From assembly GCA_963842945.1 (NCBI GenBank), contig CAWJIM010000023.1, forward strand, positions 96,001 through 160,000: 64,000 nucleotides of DNA, in the 5' to 3' direction. The stretch comes from an uncultured Gemmatimonadales bacterium. GTDB taxonomy: Bacteria > Gemmatimonadota > Gemmatimonadetes > Gemmatimonadales > GWC2-71-9. Made by a program: the position numbers and the translations under genes. This document shows positions 10,507-20,645 of the stretch, in pieces. Numbering within the stretch: the first letter of the stretch is position 1; every line of letters begins with the position of its first letter. The notes below the pieces were generated by a model. The model saw nothing but the letters and a program-made list of their open reading frames with translations, did no database searches and had not been told where the DNA came from.

Positions 10507-11668
10507 GTGAGTGACCTGAACCAGGCGAGAACATACCGCCAAAAACCGGAACCCACAAAGCGGGCGGAGCACCCATCCCGCCGCCATCTGGCCGCCTACT
10601 TCCTGCGGCTGGGTGCCCTGGGCTTCGGCGGGCCGGTCGCACTGGTCGGGTACATGCACCGCGACCTGGTGGAGAGCCGTGGCTGGATCGGCGAGGAGGA
10701 GTACCGCGAGGGCATGGCGTTGGCCCAGCTGTCGCCGGGGCCGCTGGCCGCGCAGCTCTGCTTCTATCTGGGCTACATCCGGGGCGGCGTCACCGGCGCC
10801 ATCATGTCCGGCCTCGCCTTCGTTGCGCCCAGCTTCCTGATCGTCGTCGCGCTCGGGTGGGCGTACCTGCGCTACGGCGGGATCTCCTGGATGCAGGCGG
10901 TGTTCTACGGGGTGGGCGCGTCCGTCATCGGACTCATCGCCAAGAGCGCCTACGGACTGGCCAGGAAGACCATGGGACGGGACGCTCTGCTCTGGGGAAT
11001 CCTGCTCGTGGTCGCGGTGGCAACGGCGATCACCGGCCGGGAAAGTGTCTCACTCATCGTTGCCGGCGGAGTCGTGGTTTGGCTGGTGCGTGCGCCGCCC
11101 GCGGTCCTGCGCAGAACCGGCACCGCAGGGGAAGGTGCCAGCGCCATCCTTCTGCTTCAGATCCTCGGCTTCTTTGCCTATGCGGGGACTTTCGTCTTCG
11201 GAAGCGGGCTCGCCATCGTTCCGTTCCTGCACGGCGGCGTGGTGCTGGAACACCGCTGGCTCACCGAGCGGCAATTCCTCGATGCAGTCGCCGTGGCGTT
11301 CATCACGCCGCGGCCCGGTGGTGATCACCACCGGGTTCATCGGCTATCTCGTGGCCGGCCTGGCAGGTGCCTGTGTGGCCGCGGGGGCGACATTCCTCCC
11401 GGCGTTTCTCTTCACGGTGATTCCCGCCCCGTACTTCCATCGCCACGGGAAGCGTCCCTGGCTCGCTGCGGTGGTGGCGGGGGTAACAGCGGGCGCCATC
11501 GGAGCCATCGTCGGCGCGGTATTCGTGCTGGGCCGAGGCTCGATCGTCGATCTGCCGACCGCACTGATCGCGCTGGGCGCGTTCGCGCTCACCTGGCTCA
11601 AGTGGAAAATTCCCGATCCGGTGATCGTGCTTCTGGCGGCGCTGGTCGGGCTGGTGGTAAGGCGGTAA
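10507..11668 (+). CDS. chrA: Chromate efflux transporter (frameshift near 11310)
   Basis: Duplicated GFGG/FGSG and (S/T)PGP motifs. Confidence 0.88.
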
Positions 11669-11778
11669 GGCGGGGAGGCGGGGAGGCAGCGGGGCGCGGG
11701 GCAGCGGGCAGCGGGCAGCGGGGCAGCGAGGCAGCGAGGCAGCGAGGCAGCGAGGCAGCGAGGCAGCGAGGCAGCGGG
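11654..11778 (+). repeat. Octamer tandem repeat (6 exact GCAGCGAG, 11723-11770) with degenerate flanks
   Basis: Read directly; begins within the chrA stop region (GTAAGGCGGTAAG). Confidence 0.9.
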
Positions 11779-11792
11779 ACAGAAAATGCGAG

Positions 11793-11833
11793 GGAGTCAT
11801 TGCGAGGGCAGATTCGCTCCCCACAATGACTCC
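11793..11833. repeat. REP-like palindrome
   Basis: Perfect 10-bp inverted repeat GGAGTCATTG..CAATGACTCC between convergent genes. Confidence 0.65.
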
Positions 11834-11877
11834 GAGTCGTTACCTGCTCTACGCTTTCCGTCGTTCCGTCGTTCCGC

Positions 11878-13062
11878 CTACGACCCCGCCACCGGCACCG
11901 GCGACAGCTGCCGGCTGGTACTGCTGCCGTCACCCAGTTTGCCGGCGTGGTTATCACCCCAGCAATAGCCTCGGCCCGTGGTGCTGGCGCCGCATGCATG
12001 GACCTCGCCCACGCTGATCTGGGCGAACGTGATATTCCCGGCCACGGGGGCGGGGGTCAAATGGTCGTTGCTGGTGCCGTCGCCCAGGTTGCCCTGCGCA
12101 TTGGCGCCCCAGCAGTAGCCCTGTCCGGTCGTGGTGATACCGCAGCTGAAGAACGAGTAGGCGCTCACGCTCTTGAACTGGAGCGAACCGGACACCGGAC
12201 GAGGTGCGACGCGGGTGGTCTTGGTGCCGTCGCCCAGCTGGCCGCTGGAGCCCATGCCCCAGCAGTACGCCCGGTTGGTCGTGGTGACCGCGCAGGTGTA
12301 AAGGCTGCCCGACTCGATGTCGCGGATCGAAAGCCCACCCATGACCGCAGCGGGGGAAGACTTGGAGATCCTGACCGCGCTCGTGCCCAGCTGCCCCTGG
12401 GTGTTCGATCCCCAGCAGTAGGCCTTGTTGGTGGTGGTGACCCCGCAGGTGTGATCCAGCCCCGGACTAATCCAGCGCCAGTGGAGCCCGCCACCCACCC
12501 GCACCGGCGCCAGACGCGATTTATGAGTGAAGTCGCCCAGCTGACCCTTCGTGTTCGATCCCCAGCAATAGGCCACGTCGTCGGTGGTGATCCCGCAGGT
12601 GTGGTTCGTCCCGGCGCGCACCAGCCGGAAGTTGAGTCCGCCGGTAACCGGGAACGGGGTGTCGTGGAAGTCGGAGGTGCCGTCGCCCAGCTTGCCGTTC
12701 CCCTCACCCCAGCAGTAGGCCTTGTTGTTCGTGGTGACACCGCAGTTGTAGCGGAAGCCCGCGCTGACGTTCCGGAAGAGGAGCCCGCCGGCCACCGCGA
12801 CTGGAACGTTGCTGCCGAAGTCGCCCCCGTCCCCCAACGCGCCGACGAAGTTACTGCCCCAGCAGTAGGCCTTGTTGGTGGTAGTCACCCCACAGCTGTG
12901 GGCGTCACCCGCGCTGATGGCCCGGAACACCAGGGTAGCCGCGGCGGTCGCGCTGAGCTCCGGCGCCGCTGTGGCCTCAGGACCGGTGGGAGACTGGTCC
13001 TCGGTACAGGCTACGGCGGACAAGAGAATGGAAAGGGCCAGCACCGAATGGTATGACCTCAT
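11878..13062 (-). CDS. RCC1-repeat beta-propeller lipoprotein
   Basis: Lipobox AVAC; seven G..H.CG.TT...AYCWG.N..G.LGDG repeats. Confidence 0.92.
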   Translation of the reverse strand: MRSYHSVLALSILLSAVACTEDQSPTGPEATAAPELSATAAATLVFRAISAGDAHSCGVTTTNKAYCWGSNFVGALGDGGDFGSNVPVAVAGGLLFRNVSAGFRYNCGVTTNNKAYCWGEGNGKLGDGTSDFHDTPFPVTGGLNFRLVRAGTNHTCGITTDDVAYCWGSNTKGQLGDFTHKSRLAPVRVGGGLHWRWISPGLDHTCGVTTTNKAYCWGSNTQGQLGTSAVRISKSSPAAVMGGLSIRDIESGSLYTCAVTTTNRAYCWGMGSSGQLGDGTKTTRVAPRPVSGSLQFKSVSAYSFFSCGITTTGQGYCWGANAQGNLGDGTSNDHLTPAPVAGNITFAQISVGEVHACGASTTGRGYCWGDNHAGKLGDGSSTSRQLSPVPVAGS

Positions 13063-13214
13063 GGAATTTCCTCGTTTTGGCATCGGGTTATGAGCATCGC
13101 GTGCTCAAATGAACGAAGCCAATCTTCTTGCGCGTAGTCAAGCGGGAATCAAGCGACGGAGGGCCAGAGAGGAGGTGGGATTGAGGGGTGTGGGTCAGGA
13201 CACAACGAGTTGGG

Positions 13215-13821
13215 TCATTGGCCCCCGAGTCCTCCGTGCCAAAGGGACCCGGGTCCGAAAGTGACGGGGCGCTGCGGTGAACTACTAGGAGTCGCTTTCG
13301 GTCTCCCCGCGAGCGCGGTGAAGCCGAGACCCACGCTCCACAGCCCTTCGGTTTCGTTGTCTATCAGATAGTAGTGACGGATGACGTCCAGCCGGACGCC
13401 CGACCTCTTGCCGGTCTGAATGATCATCCCGCCGCCAAAGTGGAAGCCGGGCTCGAAGACAAACCCACCTCCCAGAGCGGTGAGAGTGCTGACTCCGGCC
13501 TTCAACAGTCCGCTGAAGCCTGAGCCCGGAATGCTGAGCGCCGCTCCCAGATCCGGCGCCAGATAGAGCGCACCGGCCTGGAGCGCGTCAGGAAAGAGGG
13601 ACACTCCGACCTCGGTCCCCAATTGCCGGGCTTTGAGTCTGGAATAGCGGAACGAGACCGCGGTGATGCCCGCGCCTTCGTAGATAAACCGGTCTACCGA
13701 TGCCCCGGCGGCAGGACCATCCGGCAGGGTGCTCAACTGGGCGCCTAAGCGAATTGGACGGAGGGGAAAACAGAGCGATCGCAACGAAGGCAGCCACGGC
13801 GAAGTTGAAGCGGCGGGTCAC
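13215..13821 (-). CDS. Small exported beta-barrel-like hypothetical protein (frameshifted)
   Basis: Signal peptide in ORF 13588-13821; amphipathic strands (GFHFGGG, GVRLDV) in ORF 13215-13784. Confidence 0.55.
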
Positions 13822-13886
13822 GAGAGCCTCCTCGACCGGACCAGCTTCAACTTACCTCCAAAATGGGACCTCCGCGAATCGAGCGG

Positions 13887-14414
13887 CTACTTCCGGTCGA
13901 ATGGGCCCAGGGGAGTGCCTTTGTCGTTGGTCAGGGTGAGCTGGGGGCTTCCGTTGTTGTCACTGAGCGCCCAGGTGTACGTGTCGGTCTCGCCGGCCTC
14001 GTCGTTGGTCGCATCCTCCCCGCATGTGTCAGTCACCTTCGTCGTCCCCTTGCTCATGTGGAGCAGGAGGCTGGAGCCCTGCACCTGCGCGGTCCCCTCC
14101 GACTGGTGCAGTACCTCCATATTGCAGGGCGGGAAGTTCGACTCGCCCACAAACACGTGCTCGAAGTGGCCGTCGGATGACAGGGTGAGGGTCTCGCTCT
14201 GATTGGCGGTCGACACGCACTGGCCGCTCTCGGGATCGCAGGTCGGAACCCCGATGAATTGGTAATGCCATTCGCCGAGCAGCTCGGCTGGGAGGTTGCT
14301 GAACCCGCCGGGGGGATTGCTGGGTCCAGTGGTGGAGTCGCCTCCCGAGCCGCAGGCGAGGGTCAGGACAAGCAGGGCAACAACTGGCCGGGAAGAGACG
14401 AGGAGGCGCGGCAT
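13887..14414 (-). CDS. Hypothetical lipoprotein
   Basis: Lipobox TLAC; LLGEW lipocalin-like start. Confidence 0.7.
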   Translation of the reverse strand: MPRLLVSSRPVVALLVLTLACGSGGDSTTGPSNPPGGFSNLPAELLGEWHYQFIGVPTCDPESGQCVSTANQSETLTLSSDGHFEHVFVGESNFPPCNMEVLHQSEGTAQVQGSSLLLHMSKGTTKVTDTCGEDATNDEAGETDTYTWALSDNNGSPQLTLTNDKGTPLGPFDRK

Positions 14415-14534
14415 ATGATCTCCAAGAGATTCGGACTGAACGGTGCTCTGGGAGTATGACGCTGCGGGCGCCCGATCCTTCTCACCCCACCGAAGGCCCG
14501 CCTGCTGACCGCCAGCTCATCCTATGATTCTCCC

Positions 14535-15278
14535 ATGAAGGTTGCCACCTGGAATGTGAACGGCATCCGGGCCCGCGCCGCGCAGGTCCACGAGTGGATC
14601 GAACGCGAGCAACCGGATGTGATCTGCCTGCAGGAGCTGAAGGCCGAGCTGGCGCAGGTGCCCGAAGTCGTCCAGCGCGGGGAGTATCACGCGTTCTGGC
14701 ACTGCTGCAAGGGATACTCAGGGGTGTCGCTCCAGCTTCGGAAGGACGTCTTCCTTACCGCTCCGGCCTATACCCACCCCCGCTTCGATACCGAGTCGAG
14801 AGTGGTCACCGCCGAGCTGGGCGAACTCGTCATGGCGTCGATGTACGTCCCCAACGGCGGCAAGGACTATCCGGCCAAGATCGGTTTCATGCGGCAGGTC
14901 ATCCAATGGGCCGGTGAGCTGATCCAAGGCGGGCGCGAGCTCCTGATCGCGGGCGACCTCAACATCGCCCGCGCCGAGATCGACGTGCACCCCCGGGAAC
15001 GAAAGGCGACAAAGGTGGGGCAGCGCCCGGAAGAGCGTGCCCTGTTCCAGGAGCTCCTGGACACGGGGCTGACCGACGTGGGCCGAGCCATGGATCCCGA
15101 CAACGCGGGGTTGTTCACCTGGTGGGCTCCGTGGCGGGAGCTTCGAGCCCGCAACATCGGCTGGCGGCTGGACTACATGCTGGCGTCGGCCGGTCTGTTT
15201 GCCCGCACCCAGAGCTGCGTGGTGCAGTCGAGCGTGGGGACCAGCGACCACGCGCCGGTGGTGCTGGAGACGCGTTGA
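14535..15278 (+). CDS. xth: Exodeoxyribonuclease III
   Basis: WNVNG, LQELK, YVPNG, GDLN, GWRLDY, SDHAP. Confidence 0.95.
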   Translation: MKVATWNVNGIRARAAQVHEWIEREQPDVICLQELKAELAQVPEVVQRGEYHAFWHCCKGYSGVSLQLRKDVFLTAPAYTHPRFDTESRVVTAELGELVMASMYVPNGGKDYPAKIGFMRQVIQWAGELIQGGRELLIAGDLNIARAEIDVHPRERKATKVGQRPEERALFQELLDTGLTDVGRAMDPDNAGLFTWWAPWRELRARNIGWRLDYMLASAGLFARTQSCVVQSSVGTSDHAPVVLETR

Positions 15279-15296
15279 CGGCGGACCGCTCACCGC

Positions 15297-15782
15297 TCAC
15301 CGCAACGATCTCGCCACCTGCTCCAGCAGGTCCAGGGCATCCTGCAGCCCGGCCTCCATGCCCGACTCGATATGTGCGTCCCGGTGCGCCTTGGTCTGGT
15401 GCTGCACCAGAACAGTCAGCATCGTGCGTCCCCCCTGCTCTGTCAGCGTCATCGTATCGATCGCCTCTGCGTCGGGCACCAGCTCGAACACCTCGGTGCT
15501 CACCAGCCGCTCGTTGGGTACGATCTCCCGGTACTCGCCATGGAACGCCACCTCCAGTCCGCCGTCCGCGATCATCACGTACCGCCACCTGCCGCCGACC
15601 CTGAGGTCCACCTCCGCCACCGTCATCTTTCCCCGGTTGGCGGGCCACCAGCGCTTGATCAGCTCGGGCGTGGTCCAGGCCCGATAGACCAGGTGCCGCG
15701 GCGCCGCGAACTCCCGGGTGATGAGGATCTGAGTATCCGAGGGAAGCGTGACCCTCGCCGTACCGCTGCTCGCCGCCATCAT
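15297..15782 (-). CDS. SRPBCC/AHSA1 protein
   Basis: ITREFAAPRHLVYRAWT..DLRVGGRWR..GEYREI. Confidence 0.9.
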   Translation of the reverse strand: MMAASSGTARVTLPSDTQILITREFAAPRHLVYRAWTTPELIKRWWPANRGKMTVAEVDLRVGGRWRYVMIADGGLEVAFHGEYREIVPNERLVSTEVFELVPDAEAIDTMTLTEQGGRTMLTVLVQHQTKAHRDAHIESGMEAGLQDALDLLEQVARSLR

Positions 15783-16120
15783 GTGCGCTTCTCCTGTGCC
15801 TTGAGTTCGTCCAACACCTGATCCAATACCTGGAACCGCTCCTCCCACGCCTGCCGATAGCTGCTGACCCAGTCGTGAATCGGCTTGAGCATGCGGCCGT
15901 TGATCCGGTAGAGCCGCCGCCGGCCGTCTTCCCGCACGTCCACCAGGCCAACCTCCCGAAGCACCTTGAGGTGCTTCGATACCTGGGGCTGCCCCAGCCC
16001 AAGCAGCGCGACCAGGTCGTTGACCGGCAGCTCCCCCGGGGCAAGAAGGTCCAGGATCTGCCGCCGCTGCGGCTCGGCGATCGCATTGAATGCATCAGTC
16101 GTCGTGGCTGCTCGCGCCAT
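15779..16120 (-). CDS. ArsR-family regulator
   Basis: FNAIAEPQRRQIL..QPQVSKHLKVLREVGLV. Confidence 0.92.
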   Translation of the reverse strand: MARAATTTDAFNAIAEPQRRQILDLLAPGELPVNDLVALLGLGQPQVSKHLKVLREVGLVDVREDGRRRLYRINGRMLKPIHDWVSSYRQAWEERFQVLDQVLDELKAQEKRT

Positions 16121-16129
16121 TCAGAGATT

Positions 16130-16149
16130 ATATACCCATATCGGAATAT
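16130..16149. promoter_or_regulatory. Probable autoregulatory operator
   Basis: AT-rich imperfect palindrome ATATACCCATATCGGAATAT just upstream of the ArsR start. Confidence 0.55.
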
Positions 16150-16185
16150 GTAAAGGGATGGCGGAGCGATACCGCAGTCGGAGGC

Positions 16186-17714
16186 CTATGCCAGGGTGAT
16201 GGCGCGCTCGTCGAGGTACCGGCGCAACCGCTCCGGGCCGGGTTCGGAATCGGCCAGGGCGACGTAACCGTCGGGCCGGATCAGGTAGAGTGCTCCGCGC
16301 TGGAGTCCGGCTCGTCTCCATCGCCGGTATCCAGGGGAAGACGTGCAGCGGCAGCCCGAGAGCGGCACAGCCCTCGGCCAGTCCGACGCGAGCCTCGCCG
16401 TACAGGTGGGCCTGCCAGTCGATCGACGCCAGCGGCGCGAAGTTGTCCTCTCCCTCCCGGATCGGGACCCAGGGCAGGCGGTCGCCGCCCTGGATCGAGC
16501 CGGCCGAGCCGGCGCTCAATCCGCTTCCTCGGTAGTTCACCACGATCTGGGAAACGGTGCGGAACAGGAAACGCCGAAACTGAGGCAAGCGGGCCAGCAG
16601 AGGTACCAGCAAGGGAACCAGCCGGGTGCGCACGAAACGGGCGATGACACCCTGCCGGGTGACCATGGTGAATCCCTGGTCGGTCGTGGCCACGAGCCGC
16701 CGGGCAAAGCCGATCCGTTCCGGCTCGTAGCTGTCCAGCAGACTCGGCGCGGCGCTTCTCCTCGAGCACCGCCGCGAGCTTCCAGGCCAGGTTCACCGCG
16801 TCGCCGATCCCGGTGTTCATCCCCTGACCTCCGACGGGGCTGTGGATGTGGGCGGCGTCGCCCAGGAGAAAGACGCGTCCCTGACGGAAGCTGTCCGCCA
16901 CCCGGTGGTGCACTCGATAGGTCGAGAACCAGTGCACCTTGCCGATGGTGAGCCTCAGGTGCTCGATGGCCTTGCCGCGGACATCGTCGAAGCTCAGCTC
17001 GCCGGATCCGGCCTTTTCCTGCTCGCGCACCAGGCCGACCAGGCGAACCCGCCCCTGCTCCTTCATCGGGAACAGAAGCACGAAGTCGGCGTCCTCCAGA
17101 TCGACGTGCAGCTCCCGGTCGATCGCCGGACCAGCCGCATCCGCATCGGCCACGTAGAAGAGTCCGGAGTAGGTCCCTCCCGGAAAGCCGATGCCCAGCT
17201 GCTCTCGCACGGTGGATGAAGCGCCGTCGCATCCGGCCAGGTAGGCCACTCGGCCGTTCTCCTCGGCGCCATCGGGGCTGCGAACGGTGACGCTGACTCC
17301 GGCGGCATCCTGGCTCATTCGGATCAGCTCGGTCCGCCGCTCCACCGCTACGCCGAGCTTTTCCAGCTGCGCGATCAGGAGCCGCTCGTGGGCATCCTGC
17401 GGATATACCAGGGCGAAGGGGTACGGGCTCAGCCCCTCTCCGATCTGGCGCAACGGCAGGCGCGCCGCGCGGGCTCCCTGAACCCAGAAGTTGAGTCCCG
17501 CGATCTCGACCCCGCCGTCGATCACCAGATCGGCGAAGCCGAGCTGTCGGTAGAACTCCAGGGTGCGCACCTGAACCGCGAGAGCGCGGGAGGTCAGTCC
17601 CGGCCCGGTGCTTCGGTCGATGATGCGGACCCGAACGCCGAGGCGGGTCAACCAGAGCGCGAGCGCGAGTCCGGTCGGTCCGGCGCCGGCGATCAAGACA
17701 GGGGAGTCGTTCAT
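16186..17714 (-). CDS. FAD-dependent monooxygenase (two frameshifts)
   Basis: GAGPTG, GCDG, LGDAAHIHSPVGGQGMNTG, LIRPDGYV. Confidence 0.9.
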
Positions 17715-17767
17715 ATGATCTGATCCATGACTCGCCAAGATAGCTGCCTGGTGTGATCTTTCGAATC

Positions 17768-18426
17768 ATGGTCAAACGCCACCACGGCATCGTACGGGTC
17801 ACCCATTGGCTCACTGCGGTGCTGTTGCTCGGCATGATCGGGAGCGGGCTCCAGATCTACGGCGCCTACCGGCATTTCGGTCCGCGGGGCGACGTCTCTT
17901 CGCTGCCCAATCCGTGGGACGGGAAGAGCTTCCCCCAGTGGGCCCGGCTGGGTGGATGGCTGGCCGCGGGTCTCAACTGGCACTTCGCGCTCGCGTGGCC
18001 CTTCGTCATCACCGGCCTGGTCTATCTCGGCTTCCTGGCGTTCACCGGGGAATGGCGCTCGCTGCTGTTCCGCTTCCGCGACATCGGTCCCGCTGGCAGA
18101 TGCAGCGCTACTATCTGCGTCTTCGCCCGGAACATCCCGCGCAGGGCAAGCACAACGCGCTGCAGAAACTGGCCTACACGCTCATCGTGGTGACGGGCGC
18201 GCTGGCCACTGCCAGCGGGTTCGCCATCTACAAGCCGGTGCAGCTCTCCTGGCTCACCGCGCTCTTCGGCGGCTACGAGCTGGCCCGTTACTGGCACTTC
18301 CTCTTCGTCTGGGTCTTCGTCGCCTTCACTCTGGTGCACGTGCTACTGGTGCTGCTGGTGGACCCGGCATCGCTTCGCGCCATGATCACCGGATGGTACC
18401 GGGGAAGGTTTCCCAGCCATGACTGA
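17768..18426 (+). CDS. Cytochrome b subunit (Ni-hydrogenase/FdnI-like; frameshift near 18095)
   Basis: RVTHW, WHFALAW, KHNALQK, RYWHF, VHV heme ligands. Confidence 0.85.
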
Positions 18427-19157
18427 GCCCACTCGCGGCTTGAGTCGACGCGATCTCTTGCAGGCTGGGAATCGTGGCCGGCCCGGTGGGTGCGTTGGCG
18501 GCGTGCGGCTGGGACGGTGGCTCCGCGTTGGCGCCGAAGCTTCGGCTGTTCAGCCGGGTCAACGACTGGGTGGGCGAGAAGATCTTCCTGGGGAGAAACC
18601 GACTGGCTCCGGAATACCCGCTGAGCGCCCGAACCGCGCCGCAGAACTTTCCGTCATACTCCATCACCTACAACGACACCGGAAAATTTCCCGGCGTGGC
18701 GCAGGAGACCTGGGCGCTCGAGGTTCGCGGTCTGGTGCGACAGCCGCTCCGGCTCACTCGCGAGATGCTCGAGGGGCTTCCGCGGATCACCTATACCGTG
18801 AAGCACCACTGCGTGGAGGGCTGGACCGCGATCGGGACCTGGACCGGCGTTCCGGTCTCTACCGTCGCGGCGCTGGTGCAGCCAACCCCTGAGGCCAGGT
18901 ATCTCCGCTTCGACAGCTTCGACCGGAATTACTACAACGGCTGGGACCTGGCGAGCGCGATGCATCCGCAGACGATTCTGGCGTACGCCTGGAACGACCG
19001 GCCGCTGATGATGAATCACGGCGCCCCGCTCCGGCTCTACTCCCCGATCAAGCTGGGCTACAAGCTCACCAAATATCTCACCGCGATGACCTTCACCCGC
19101 GAGCGGCCCGGCGGCTACTGGGAGGATCAGGGATATCCCTGGTTCGCGGGGGTGTAA
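18419..19157 (+). CDS. Sulfite-oxidase-family molybdoenzyme, Tat-exported (frameshift near 18470)
   Basis: SRRDLL Tat motif, HHCVEGW, HGAPLRL..LGYK..K, GGYWEDQGY. Confidence 0.88.
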
Positions 19158-19241
19158 GCGGGGCACTCGGCTCGCTCCGCTTGCCACATCCGCATCCTTC
19201 ACCGTGCGCTTGACACGCCTAGTACCGGGTCGCACCGTAGC

Positions 19242-20630
19242 TTGTTACCATGCCCGATTCCAACTCTCCATCGACTCCGCAAGCGAGTGGTGGAGGTCTC
19301 TGCTACCGGAGGACCACATGCATCACGCCTCAAGCAGAATCGACTGATTCCACGCACGCTGGTGTTCCCCCTCCTCAGCGCCGCGCTGATGACGACGGGC
19401 TGCACCAAAGGAGCCCGAGAGACAGCCTCGGTACGAGACACCACCGGCTCCGACTCCGAACGGGCGGCGCCGGAGGCTTCCTCCGATCGGGACGACGGGC
19501 CGGGCGAACGGAATTACAAGTCGGTCGCCCGGAAGGTGGTCACCCAGAGTGCCCGGGTGAAACCGGGGGACATCGTGCTCATCACCGGAAGCGACAAGGA
19601 TCTGCCGCTGCTGGAAGACATTTCCATCGAGGTGCGGAAACAGGGGGCGTCCCCGCTGATGACCGTCGGCAGCAGCCGGCTCGGCCGCAGGTCCTTTGAT
19701 GAGGTGCCGGCCGAGCTCGACACCCTCACCCCGAAGGCGATGCTCAAGCTGGCGAGCGCCATCGATGTCAGCATCGGCACCGAGTCGTTCGAACCGGCAG
19801 CGCTCAAGGGCGTTTCGCCGGAGCGGATCGCGGCCCGGGGAAAGGCCTTCACTCCGGTTACCGCGCTGTTGTTGAAACGCGGAGTGCGCCGGGTGTTCCT
19901 GGGCAACGGCCTCTACCCCAGCGAAGGCAACGCGGAGCAGTACGATGTCTCCCGCCGCGATCTGGCCGATGCGCTCTACGGCGGAGTGGACGTGGACTAC
20001 GCCGAGCTGCAGCGGACCGGTGAGCGGATGCGGCAAACGCTCGCGGCTGGAAAGGAACTGCGGATCACCGCGCCGAACGGGACCGACCTCCGGGTGCAGA
20101 TCGCGGGACGGCCAATCTTCGTGAGCGATGGGGTGATCTCGCCGGAGGATGAGCGCCGGGGTGGGGCGGCCACGTCGGTGTGGCTGCCGGCCGGTGAGGT
20201 GTACGTCATACCGGTCGCCGGCAGCGGCAATGGAGTACTGGTGGCCGATCGGGACTTCTATCAGGCCGAACCGATCGAGGGACTGCGGCTCGAGTTCAAG
20301 GGCGGAAAGATGACTTCGATGACCGCCAAGTCAGGGCTCGACCCACTCAAGAAACAGTACGACGCTTCGGGCACCGGCAAAGACATGCTGAGCGTGATCG
20401 ACATCGGCCTCAATCCCGGCCTGAAGCTGCCGGCGAACAAGCCGATTCATGCCTGGAGCCGGGCCGGCATGGTGACGGTGAGCGTGGGCGACAACACCTG
20501 GGCTGGCGGAAACAACAATGTCCCATTCGAGCTGGCGCCGTTTCTGACGAACGCCACGGTGACGCTCGACGGGAAGCCGCTGGTCCAGGACGGGAAGCTC
20601 CAGACTGGGGAGCGGGTGGCGGCGAGATAG
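19242..20630 (+). CDS. Aminopeptidase T (M29)-like lipoprotein; start uncertain
   Basis: VKPGD, ITAPNGTDL, WLPAGEV, IGLNP; lipobox-like TTGC. Confidence 0.7.
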   Translation: MLPCPIPTLHRLRKRVVEVSATGGPHASRLKQNRLIPRTLVFPLLSAALMTTGCTKGARETASVRDTTGSDSERAAPEASSDRDDGPGERNYKSVARKVVTQSARVKPGDIVLITGSDKDLPLLEDISIEVRKQGASPLMTVGSSRLGRRSFDEVPAELDTLTPKAMLKLASAIDVSIGTESFEPAALKGVSPERIAARGKAFTPVTALLLKRGVRRVFLGNGLYPSEGNAEQYDVSRRDLADALYGGVDVDYAELQRTGERMRQTLAAGKELRITAPNGTDLRVQIAGRPIFVSDGVISPEDERRGGAATSVWLPAGEVYVIPVAGSGNGVLVADRDFYQAEPIEGLRLEFKGGKMTSMTAKSGLDPLKKQYDASGTGKDMLSVIDIGLNPGLKLPANKPIHAWSRAGMVTVSVGDNTWAGGNNNVPFELAPFLTNATVTLDGKPLVQDGKLQTGERVAAR

Positions 20631-20645
20631 GCGGGGAGATCAACT

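Noticed and set aside
11654..11880. Tandem repeats as a CRISPR array
   Set aside because: Units are 8 bp with no spacers, and no cas genes are present.
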